IMG/VR virus record: IMGVR_UViG_3300033145_003233
Location: 434,001 to 498,000 of that record
Strand: one strand, 5' to 3'
DNA length: 64,000 bases
A program made the translations under genes and the position numbers. The notes under the pieces were generated by a model. The model saw only the letters and a program-made list of their open reading frames with translations, ran no database searches and was not told the origin of the DNA. Numbering within the stretch: the stretch's first letter is position 1; each line of letters opens with the position of its first letter. This document shows positions 19,301-28,141 of this stretch, in pieces.

Positions 19301-22208
19301 CCGGCAAATAATTATCAACTTCAGAGACACCAAACAACTCTAAAGAAATAGTAGGAGATTGAGAATATGGGGCGACAAAAGAACCAGCAACAGAATACAA
19401 TGGCTCATTAAAAACAATCTTATTATTATCCGTATCAATCTCATACAGAACAGGAGATTCTCCAGCTTGTGCCTGTCTCAAACTAGCTACATCAACTTCA
19501 TTATTAGTCGTGAAATAATCCTCATTCAAAGTGCCAGAAATATGTAAGATATAACTAGATGCTCCTTCGATATCTTCTTCTGTAGAATAAACTTGATAAT
19601 CATTTGTAGCCCATTCTGATACATGAACATTAGAACGCAATTCTATTCTTTTATCTACTCCTTCATCATTAGTATGATGATGAACTTCTATCGCTGCATT
19701 TGTTTTGGTAGTAAGAGGATCTACAAAATTCTCCAAGTTAACCACATTAGACACATCTATACTAACAGTATTAGTACCATTACTAGTTGTGACCTTCCCA
19801 ATAAAAACAGAAGCAGATGGAGCTATTGCTGAACTAGTTACACTAATATTCGTTTCGCTTTTATATTTTCTTACTAAATAATAATAATTTTCCCCGTTCT
19901 TTAATGCGGAATCTGTATCTATATAAGTTATTTGGGAAATTGGAACATAATCTATTACAACAAAAGAATAATTATTCCCAATAGATTTTAATATTTCGTA
20001 TCCATCAAAAAATCCGCTGCTAGCATCCCAAGACAACTCCACGTCCGAATTATTACTATTTACATCAGCAGTCAAACCAGCAGGTGGAGATAGTGATAAA
20101 CCCTCAGATGGTGTGGCAGATATTAACCCAGATGGCATATAATTATCAGCTATCGGATTAACTGATTCATTCCCATAGATATCAACAGCAGTAACAAAAT
20201 ATGTATATGTTATTTCATTAGAAACAGAATAATCTGTAAAATCATTTCTAACAGAAGACATCGTTGCTAATAAAGAAAAATCTGAAGGACGTAAATAAAA
20301 CTGAAATGTTGCCCTATAGACCTTATAAAACTCTAATTCTTGTGCTTCTGACGTATCCGGATCCCACCTTAAATTAAGCTGAGTATCTCCTGTAAATAAT
20401 TCTAGCCCCCCTGGAGACGAAGGCAACAACCTTCCCTCTTCAGCAATAAATTGCTGAAAAGTCTCATACCCTTCACCAATAGACCCAAAAACATCATAAG
20501 AAACAATATTTATATTATATCTATAACTAACATTAAAAGATTCAGAAGAGATAGTAAATGTATTAGATTTATCTATCCTTAAATTTTCCACGTAAGCAGT
20601 GCCATCAATATCTTGACTACTTAAATCTACGATAGAAATAGTAATTAGATTATGAGAAAAATATGATTCTGTAGGGTTCGTCCAACTTAAAAATATACTA
20701 TTATCTGCCTTCCTCTCTATACTAAAATTTTGAACAGCAGGAACTGGTTCGCTAATAATAGTACGACTAATTCTAGTAACTACTCCATTGCTTAAATTAC
20801 CATCTTCATCTTCTGTCTGAATAAGAATCAGATAAGGAGTATATTGTTTAATTGATTCATATTGCAAATCATCATTAACAATGTACGGAATATATTTAAT
20901 ATGAGAACTATAACATATACCATCCCCATCATTATCATCAGGACATCCATATAATCTAGAAATAGATTCTAATATCTCGATAGGTTCAGAAAATCTTGAA
21001 CCAGACTCTATAAATGTAATAATAAATTTATAAGCATAAGAGAGATAAGGATCTGATTGATCATACCTCCAAACAATATCCGTTTCTATCCCAACATTTT
21101 CAAAAGAACTTATGCTAAATTCCACATCTATATTATTAATTTCTCCTGCACCAGGATTATATGATAGAAAAGTTCTAACAGATATCCCCTCTGAAAAAAC
21201 ACTAGAGATACTTACAGAATAAACAGTAACTTCATAATTTCTGTTATTTTCCATATTCTCGAAAATAATATAGGTTGAACCAAAATCTGAATCCGAAGAT
21301 TCAGATACATCCGCTACAGTAGGATTCCCTACAGATACATAATTATCATCTTGCAACTGAACTGATACCCTATATGCTAAAATATTATCACTAGCAGAGT
21401 TATCCCATATCACTTCTAATGTCTGATCACTAGGAAATGCCTGCACAAAAATAGGGGGCATAGGAATTCTATCATCTATAGCGGTAGAGATGTCTATATC
21501 TGATGAATCACTTTCATTCCCGCTTAAATCTACAGTTATAACTTGGTAAGAATATTCTCGATTCTGCTCTAATTCGATATCCACATAAATAGTTTCTGTA
21601 GTAGTCCCTAATATAGTTATATCACTACCATCAATACGGATTACTTTATAATGACTAAAATCAGGTTCACTATTAGCACTCCAGCTAAAAGCTATTTCCT
21701 TATACGATAACAACTCTACACTTGCGTCCTCTTCCCCTCTCCCCATTAACCTTCTCAAATAAGTGAGAAAATCAGCATCATAAGAACTCAAAGAAGATAA
21801 ATAGTTAGAGATGCTACTTTCCTGTTGCAAACCAGATGGAGATGATGGGGCTATCGAATCTATTCCTTCCACATTAGCCATATTAGAATTACCGCTAGTT
21901 CCCCCTACTTCTCCTTCTTTAGCCAACATATAAATATAATGAATAGCATTGCTAGATAGACTAATTTCAAAACCACCGAAAGACTGAATAACTCTTCTGT
22001 CTATTAAGCCCATGCCAGGAGATATAGATACAGTCCCATCCTCATTATTAGAAATATCCCATCCTGTAATAATACCATCTCCAACCATGTCAGATAAAAA
22101 CGCTAATTGATTATCGATGATAGTGAATCTTCTCTCATCTGACCTAGAGGAGTAAATTTCGCCCCATTTAAAGGCTTCTAAATTATAATGTTTCGTATAA
22201 AAAGGCAT
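16332..22208 (-). CDS. Large tail fibre/adhesin: N-terminal anchor-like domain, six FN3 domains, His-motif/fibre repeat, two Asp-box (BNR) propellers
   Basis: Six P-x-x-P...W...Y...V.AVD.GNES-type FN3 units; Asp-boxes LSDNYGNDW, QSLDEGRSW and ISTNDGVSW; N-terminus paralogous to 41614..44850. Confidence 0.72.
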   Translation of the reverse strand: MPFYTKHYNLEAFKWGEIYSSRSDERRFTIIDNQLAFLSDMVGDGIITGWDISNNEDGTVSISPGMGLIDRRVIQSFGGFEISLSSNAIHYIYMLAKEGEVGGTSGNSNMANVEGIDSIAPSSPSGLQQESSISNYLSSLSSYDADFLTYLRRLMGRGEEDASVELLSYKEIAFSWSANSEPDFSHYKVIRIDGSDITILGTTTETIYVDIELEQNREYSYQVITVDLSGNESDSSDIDISTAIDDRIPMPPIFVQAFPSDQTLEVIWDNSASDNILAYRVSVQLQDDNYVSVGNPTVADVSESSDSDFGSTYIIFENMENNRNYEVTVYSVSISSVFSEGISVRTFLSYNPGAGEINNIDVEFSISSFENVGIETDIVWRYDQSDPYLSYAYKFIITFIESGSRFSEPIEILESISRLYGCPDDNDGDGICYSSHIKYIPYIVNDDLQYESIKQYTPYLILIQTEDEDGNLSNGVVTRISRTIISEPVPAVQNFSIERKADNSIFLSWTNPTESYFSHNLITISIVDLSSQDIDGTAYVENLRIDKSNTFTISSESFNVSYRYNINIVSYDVFGSIGEGYETFQQFIAEEGRLLPSSPGGLELFTGDTQLNLRWDPDTSEAQELEFYKVYRATFQFYLRPSDFSLLATMSSVRNDFTDYSVSNEITYTYFVTAVDIYGNESVNPIADNYMPSGLISATPSEGLSLSPPAGLTADVNSNNSDVELSWDASSGFFDGYEILKSIGNNYSFVVIDYVPISQITYIDTDSALKNGENYYYLVRKYKSETNISVTSSAIAPSASVFIGKVTTSNGTNTVSIDVSNVVNLENFVDPLTTKTNAAIEVHHHTNDEGVDKRIELRSNVHVSEWATNDYQVYSTEEDIEGASSYILHISGTLNEDYFTTNNEVDVASLRQAQAGESPVLYEIDTDNNKIVFNEPLYSVAGSFVAPYSQSPTISLELFGVSEVDNYLPVVHIGDLSATQFRSGQFNSAQMPAVDHEGRKGERLLPLRLPMQTLDNFVYSIAAVYDDADRNEMGDAVTFYDFISIEGERVLSATSNGIWLSDNYGNDWNKVSDFSEAVHRLYKSTAGDYYAITNYGVYKSGGSSFRQWGRMAGLDYVKVIRDITGDSRGNLYITTDLGVFRLNSENVPYIEDTWEKLSLFGPRSSETYAILYDETYIEGSIETSNRILVSNELGLLQSLDEGRSWNYISDLESLIKVRKFIKDDNYIFALSDTAIYREETGTDVFLKIADLDVNISRKMEIFNSNIYVNTDNGAKVSTSSNIYIDTGIEFAGIWSLANINNNTAIITAINGINNDLFVGMDRKLYLLDDSGKFWLQYEQKNTTVPSFYVNSVLQKLGYYYNNSGSNHNVSFDEVVNHEYIVEAVNKYDIYTAEYGGWVYNKYNAKFVVYQNNIQFGESRDEIEIDMGEFIDVVIPTYTDNNAHEAQADIYKAQLQTSLDQLAAIEEIEGNQAVDVVVDIYANFELFLSQLYEDARVVTDSAGNTSNFILPSISTDLVNKRTSISNSGVETEIEDMVYTSINNIRNTDYSISINVVDGMFVFGLPFDKYDNLTLDILDTTIKNAGEYSHRELEDSFEYAYSGPSSYLSQVQQVNLVKLGIFSEIQWPGQQTVLSPPFQMDTIIPVNEEWYDNLNSTINYTKEVYNENLSLSISYPSTVAYISATNNILVGGRGGVISINRATLEIDEVNFGSIANQMVRSIFQSNDNIYILTDKNIFISTNDGVSWSEYNRSGLPNYLYSIGSLHNNLLIGASDGIYIKLSDSDAIDWEKVMDSSSPVSVMYSSNILFSVIDKKIYISSNGFTYTDTEVGSDLDVTNINRYGYTTTYISTNQGLYSDNGTFNSLSPKLEEIDLGELLTSTTIATVNDTVTNNTDKIIIGVSNGDYGVIQEDMLKIKESTSLDSIHKIIIINDDIWLFGQDACKVSFLDYPIKLSTGAPM

Positions 22209-22209
22209 G

Positions 22210-25200
22210 TTAAATATTTAAAGTTACAAATTCGTTATTATCTAATTCTACCATAATGCCAAAATTATTTACGATAGGAACATCCTCATAACCACCGCAA
22301 GACTCCGTACTCTGAATATCTCTTACCTGGAAAGTATATGAATTAGAAGCAAAGACATAATCCCCTCCATCATGAGCTTCTATAGTAAGATAATATATTG
22401 TCCCCACAGTGAAATCTGTAGGAGTAGGCCTATATACTACATTTACTGATTCTCCAGCAGAAACCGAAGAACCATCTTCTGGAATCTGGACATCCTCCAC
22501 AAACCAGCCACTTCTATCGTTACCACTGAAAACAGTCAAATATTCGCTAGTTCTCTCCAAATCTTGATAAAACTTTATTCTAAAATGATAATAATTAGAT
22601 GTACCTTCATTATTGGTAAAATTAAAATCTACAGTATCAATAAATGAAGCAGTGCAACTAGCAATGAATGAATCATCATTAGAAAGAACTACAAATTCTG
22701 AATCATAAATATACTCTATTTTCACAAAATAATATGTATTACAAACTATGTTAGCAAATCCAGGCACAGCAAATAACATATCCTCTGCTGCCCCATGCCC
22801 TATCACAACTCCCTCCTCAGGTATAGCAATACTATTTACGCTAAAACCTTCTGAACTATCAAGAGAATATGCAGAAAATACCGGATTCAATAAGGCAGCA
22901 TCCTCATAAAGAGTAATCCTAAAATGATAACTATTAGTAGTACCAGTATTATTCTCAAGAGAAAAATCAATAGTATTAACAAATAAATTAGAATTATATG
23001 GCCCATATTCATCAAATTCTACTGGCTCAATTAATGAGCGATTTGGACTAATTAATTTAATACCTACCCTTAAATTAGTTCCCGTTTGAGTTACATTGAA
23101 TATTCTATTCTCGTCCACTGGCTGATATTCTGTCCAATCAATGGAATTAGTAGTATTTATCCCAAAAACGATATCAGCAGAAACGGGGATTACCTTACGA
23201 CTGGTAATAATTCCCCTTTCAATTCTGCTAGGCATTGTAAAATTAGTAGTAAAGAAATGAATGGATTCACTAGTTATAGCTCTAATACTTGCCCTATGGA
23301 AAGAAGGAGTTATTCCCTTTTCTGTACTAATTAAAACAACTTTAAATTGGATAAATTGTCCAACCAAATGACTTATATCTACCCCTGATGATTGATAGTT
23401 ATAAAATGGCCCAACCCAATCCGCTATTAAAATATCATTTTGAGAAGTGGAGCTTCTAATATATACTATCGCCTGAGTATTAAATAATTCCGTTGCCTGC
23501 CATGAAATAGTTTCCCATTTAACCAAATCATTTGTTCCATCAAAAATTTCACTAAGATATTCTCCTCTTTCCTCATCAATTTTATCCGCAGAATAAAATT
23601 TATTATCACCAGTTAAAGTATAAGACGTATTGCCAAGTTCATCTAACTCTAATATTTTATTTTCATTCACGAAATCAACAAGGTCCGAGATAGATATACT
23701 ATCTATAAACTTGTTAGTTACAGTTAAATCAGAACCTAGAATAGTCTCATTTCCTGCCCTATCTATAAGCTTTAAATAAATAGTTTTATTCTGTAACAAG
23801 GGATCAAGCTTAGTGATTCCAGTATCAGAGATAACATATAACGTATTTTTATTTTGAGAATCATTAAAAGCTATATCAATTATATCTTCATTATGAGTAT
23901 ATTTCCAAGTCCAAGAACCAGCTTCTGACAAATAATAAAGAGTATTACCAACCGCCGCATACACTGATGAGTAACTAGAAATAGTTGTTCCAGAAACAAC
24001 CACTGGGAATACTTTAATAGAATTTATACTTGCCGGTGCGGTTCTAAAAGATATATCATAAGTATTATTCCCAGCTACTGACCTACGAACCGTGCCATTT
24101 ATCAACCCACCTACAAAAACGTTACCTTCTCTATCAAGATAAGAAATAGATGTCAATGATTCAGTAGAATTATACACTATAAAAGCGGCTTCATTCTCAA
24201 TATCAATTTCATATATATATCCTTCTGGCCCAGTTGCCGCCAATAAATTAGAGCTACCAGCAACACTAGTTAAAGAATAAACATTCTCATCTATCTCTTC
24301 AACTACTTTACTTAAACTAGGATCAATATTTTGAGCCGTCCCATCATTAAATAAATAAACTGCCCCTGTCTGACCTGCCCCTTCTGCATATTCATTGCCA
24401 CTTCCTATTCCTGAACCGATATAAAACTTACCATCTAATTCATGAAAACAATATGCTCTTGATTCAAAAACAGTTAGCATATCAAATTCAACCAACTCTG
24501 TTCCTAAATAATTATAGATATAAATTTTAGCTGGTTCTATATCGTGACCAATACTTACAAGTAACTTATCATTGTATTTAGCTATAAAATCAACAAGCCC
24601 ATCATCATCATAAGTGAAGAGACTTTCCCATGCTTCCGTAACCCAGTTATATTTATATACTATTGCCGGATTAGAAGTAGCTCCATATAATTCATTCTCA
24701 GGAGAAATATAAGTAACTACAGTCCCCATGCCTCGAGGAAAAGTAATTTCTTTAGTAATGGATTCTAAAGAAATACCCAGATCATGATTAAGAGAAGTCG
24801 AAAATGGAACTGACGATTGAGAAGTGACCCCATCAGTTGTAAAATTATCATAATTCGAAACAATCATTCTATCTATGCCAGAACCTTCAACTAAAATATC
24901 ACCAGTAGAAACATCCCCATCTAGGACATTATCAGTAGCACCATTAATAAGAACCTTTACAATACTTCTATCAACTTGCCTATCTATTGTTATACCATCA
25001 ACATCAGTTGGAAAGGAAGGAGGAAGAGTATCTAGATGAATTTTATCAAATGGCAATACACTAGAGCTATCATTAACCTTAACTTCATTATCATTTCCTG
25101 TTGTGGCGACATAGATATCCGAACCATCAAATTCTATATCTGTTATTCTTATTAAATTACCGCCCATATTCTCTTTCTCTATTTGAGTTTGAGCGAAACT

Positions 25201-28125
25201 TGCTATTTCTTCCAAATCTGATCTAACGACAGCTTCTACTACATCATCATTGTTAAGAGGCATTCTAAATTTAATTAATTTAGCTACATCATCATTATAA
25301 CTAAGATTATAACCATAATTAATTCTATTCCCATTAATATAAACTTCAACGATAGAGTCATTAGAAATAGATACCCCTTCGTCCAGAACATAGTAAACAC
25401 TAAAGTCATCACCATCAGCAGTTATAGAAGAAGGCCTATAAAAAAGAGTTGAATAAGTATCTTCATCATCATTAACAATTATCTGATTTATAGCGGACAT
25501 ACTACCAGCAAAAAGAATATTAGGGTCCTTCCATACTATACTTTTTACATTGTTATTCCAGATAGTATCATCTTTAGAAGAAATAGTATTATCAAAATTA
25601 AACCCAACCATTTTATTAATCCCGCTAGAAGTAGCTATATATCTAATTGCCGTATTCCTAATAGCTATATCATTTATTATATTAGAAGATAAACCATTTG
25701 TAGTAGTAACCTGTATAAAGTTATCTTTATAAAATCTATATAAGCCATTCTCTTTTGTTCCAATCCATACACAATTATTCTCATCTACTCTTAAACATGT
25801 AATATATTCCCCATTACAAGCAGGATTAGTATATGTAGTAGAAATAGCAATAATCCCTAATGCAGGTGGGATAGTTCCAACAACATCCTCTACCACAACA
25901 TTATCATAAATATACAACCCAGAATCAGTACCAACAAACATTTTATTATCTTTATCAAAGACAATAGAAGTAACAACTTCTGATGATATTCCTGGCAAAA
26001 CTAAACTTTTAAAACCATTAATATGGTCGGTGCCATATCTTACAACGCCCTCTCTCCCACCTATATACATATTATTATTCTTATCAAAAGCTATAGCTCT
26101 TAATTTTTGCAACCCTTCCTCATCATCAGCTTGTTGATCTCCGCTCGCATTTACAAAACCAGGTAAATCATGACCCTCTCCAACAGAAACAAGTCTATTT
26201 TGCCTATTGATATAATAAAACATCCCGCAAGGACCGAGCAACCATACATCTCCATAATTATTAACTATAGCATCATGAGCAGATAAGGAATTAACATCAA
26301 GGGTATTAACTCCCAATTCTTTAATGGCATAAGGCTCTACAGCATCATTCAAATAATATTTTATTTCTTTAAAAACATAATGAGCATTTAACACATCAGA
26401 AAAATCGCCAAATCTTATCTCTTTTGTAAAAATACTTTTATTTAATGTATAATCGCGATCCCTATTTCCGAAAGAAGGAGAATTAGGATCTACACCTATA
26501 TCTACACCATAATTGATAGATATAGTAGAACTATCTCGAGATAAATTATAAAAAGCACACTTAGCTTTTAAGAGTCTATCCTGAGAAAATACAAACTTAT
26601 TTTCGCTCGTCAAATAAGATTCGTACACGATAGGTAATTCCCCATTAAAAAATGTCGGAATCCCAGGAGAATATGCATTTCTATCATCATTAAAAACCAA
26701 CATAACACTAGAATTAAAAGAATCATTCTCATAAACAGCCACAAAAAGAGCAGAACTAGATGGCCTATTTTCTTGAAGAGTTGTATCAAAATAGGGATCT
26801 GATGGATTAGTAACTAAATTGAACTCCCGGTAATCCCCAGTCTTAAAATCTTGCCAAACTATATATATATTTCCAGTTGAAAGTTGTTCAGAAAGGACAG
26901 GGTACATAGCCCCTCCACGACCATCAATGGTAGTAGAACCACCTGAAATCATATCTAGAGAAGGAGTCAAGATAGCAGTAAAAATTTGATATTCCCCATA
27001 AGCATTATCATGCCACACTACAAAAATCTTACCCTCCACGTTAGCCAATATACTAGAATGATCTGCTTTCCCTAATATATTCTCTTGATTATACGAATCT
27101 GATACGATAACTGGAGAAACTTTAACTGCGCTAATAGCATTATATTTAATTACTTCTATATATGAACTATTATTTTGCTTTTTAGCAGTCCATGATATAA
27201 ATAAATCGTCCATATAAGAAGCTATAGAAGGACGAAAAGAACCATATGTATTTGTAGATATCTCTTCTTCTCCTCTCCATTTATTTTCATTGATTATAAA
27301 AATATCTATATATGTTTCCGGATGAGTTTGTCTGCTATCTTCCCAAACAACACAAATATTAGATTGACTATCAAAAATAGGTTTAGGATACTTGCAATAT
27401 CCTATATCTTGACCAGTATAATAAGGATCACTCCATCCTATATCATTTTTATATACTATCCCTATTACGCTACCTTCTGTTTGTTTTGACTCAAAAACTA
27501 CATATATATTCTCATTACTGTCCGCCATAATAGAAGGAAACTGAATACCATTATCTGACACAACAATTACTTCTGGTTCAGACCATACTGTTCCGTTAAA
27601 TTTAGAATAGAATAAAGAACCAACATTATTACCATCATCCCACCATGAAGCATGTAAATTACCACTAACGTCTTCAAAAATAACTGGATTCAGAGCATTG
27701 CCACTTACCGTTGCCTTTTCAGAAAAATTAGCATTAAGCAACTCTGAATAAGATGAAGAATCAGACGATTTAGCATATAATTTTAAATTATCTCCTTTGC
27801 CAATAATGCGATAATCATTTTCAGCAGTAGCATCATAAATAACTGACTGATTAGCATTGGATAAAATTATTTCTTGAGTTAAAAAGTTAATTGTTTCTTG
27901 TCGAGTTCCATCATTAACATATAATCCTATTCCATTCCCCTTCTTATTTTCATCAGCAAACCATTCACTATTCTGCACATCAGACACCCTTAAATTAAGA
28001 TCAATAGTCCACCCTTTTTTATTATCCGCATTATTGAACCACTCTGTCCCAAATCTATTTTGAGTATAATAGCACACCCCTCCTTTTTGTGCCCCATATT
28101 CGTCTATTATACTTGGATTAGCCAT
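22210..28125 (-). CDS. Large multi-propeller tail/adhesion protein with interrupted ConA-like and Ig-like domains and two C-terminal HFRxxFYxD domains
   Basis: LHASWWD, IYVVFE, ICVVWED and IYIVWQD blades; Reg_prop-like CVWIGTKENGLYRF...GLSSNIINDI; DTLPP...KTIYLKLIDRAGN; GEYLSEIFD...FIQFKVVL...TPSF; two YHFRI domains. Confidence 0.68.
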   Translation of the reverse strand: MANPSIIDEYGAQKGGVCYYTQNRFGTEWFNNADNKKGWTIDLNLRVSDVQNSEWFADENKKGNGIGLYVNDGTRQETINFLTQEIILSNANQSVIYDATAENDYRIIGKGDNLKLYAKSSDSSSYSELLNANFSEKATVSGNALNPVIFEDVSGNLHASWWDDGNNVGSLFYSKFNGTVWSEPEVIVVSDNGIQFPSIMADSNENIYVVFESKQTEGSVIGIVYKNDIGWSDPYYTGQDIGYCKYPKPIFDSQSNICVVWEDSRQTHPETYIDIFIINENKWRGEEEISTNTYGSFRPSIASYMDDLFISWTAKKQNNSSYIEVIKYNAISAVKVSPVIVSDSYNQENILGKADHSSILANVEGKIFVVWHDNAYGEYQIFTAILTPSLDMISGGSTTIDGRGGAMYPVLSEQLSTGNIYIVWQDFKTGDYREFNLVTNPSDPYFDTTLQENRPSSSALFVAVYENDSFNSSVMLVFNDDRNAYSPGIPTFFNGELPIVYESYLTSENKFVFSQDRLLKAKCAFYNLSRDSSTISINYGVDIGVDPNSPSFGNRDRDYTLNKSIFTKEIRFGDFSDVLNAHYVFKEIKYYLNDAVEPYAIKELGVNTLDVNSLSAHDAIVNNYGDVWLLGPCGMFYYINRQNRLVSVGEGHDLPGFVNASGDQQADDEEGLQKLRAIAFDKNNNMYIGGREGVVRYGTDHINGFKSLVLPGISSEVVTSIVFDKDNKMFVGTDSGLYIYDNVVVEDVVGTIPPALGIIAISTTYTNPACNGEYITCLRVDENNCVWIGTKENGLYRFYKDNFIQVTTTNGLSSNIINDIAIRNTAIRYIATSSGINKMVGFNFDNTISSKDDTIWNNNVKSIVWKDPNILFAGSMSAINQIIVNDDEDTYSTLFYRPSSITADGDDFSVYYVLDEGVSISNDSIVEVYINGNRINYGYNLSYNDDVAKLIKFRMPLNNDDVVEAVVRSDLEEIASFAQTQIEKENMGGNLIRITDIEFDGSDIYVATTGNDNEVKVNDSSSVLPFDKIHLDTLPPSFPTDVDGITIDRQVDRSIVKVLINGATDNVLDGDVSTGDILVEGSGIDRMIVSNYDNFTTDGVTSQSSVPFSTSLNHDLGISLESITKEITFPRGMGTVVTYISPENELYGATSNPAIVYKYNWVTEAWESLFTYDDDGLVDFIAKYNDKLLVSIGHDIEPAKIYIYNYLGTELVEFDMLTVFESRAYCFHELDGKFYIGSGIGSGNEYAEGAGQTGAVYLFNDGTAQNIDPSLSKVVEEIDENVYSLTSVAGSSNLLAATGPEGYIYEIDIENEAAFIVYNSTESLTSISYLDREGNVFVGGLINGTVRRSVAGNNTYDISFRTAPASINSIKVFPVVVSGTTISSYSSVYAAVGNTLYYLSEAGSWTWKYTHNEDIIDIAFNDSQNKNTLYVISDTGITKLDPLLQNKTIYLKLIDRAGNETILGSDLTVTNKFIDSISISDLVDFVNENKILELDELGNTSYTLTGDNKFYSADKIDEERGEYLSEIFDGTNDLVKWETISWQATELFNTQAIVYIRSSTSQNDILIADWVGPFYNYQSSGVDISHLVGQFIQFKVVLISTEKGITPSFHRASIRAITSESIHFFTTNFTMPSRIERGIITSRKVIPVSADIVFGINTTNSIDWTEYQPVDENRIFNVTQTGTNLRVGIKLISPNRSLIEPVEFDEYGPYNSNLFVNTIDFSLENNTGTTNSYHFRITLYEDAALLNPVFSAYSLDSSEGFSVNSIAIPEEGVVIGHGAAEDMLFAVPGFANIVCNTYYFVKIEYIYDSEFVVLSNDDSFIASCTASFIDTVDFNFTNNEGTSNYYHFRIKFYQDLERTSEYLTVFSGNDRSGWFVEDVQIPEDGSSVSAGESVNVVYRPTPTDFTVGTIYYLTIEAHDGGDYVFASNSYTFQVRDIQSTESCGGYEDVPIVNNFGIMVELDNNEFVTLNI

Positions 28126-28141
28126 ATTTCCCCTGCCTTAT

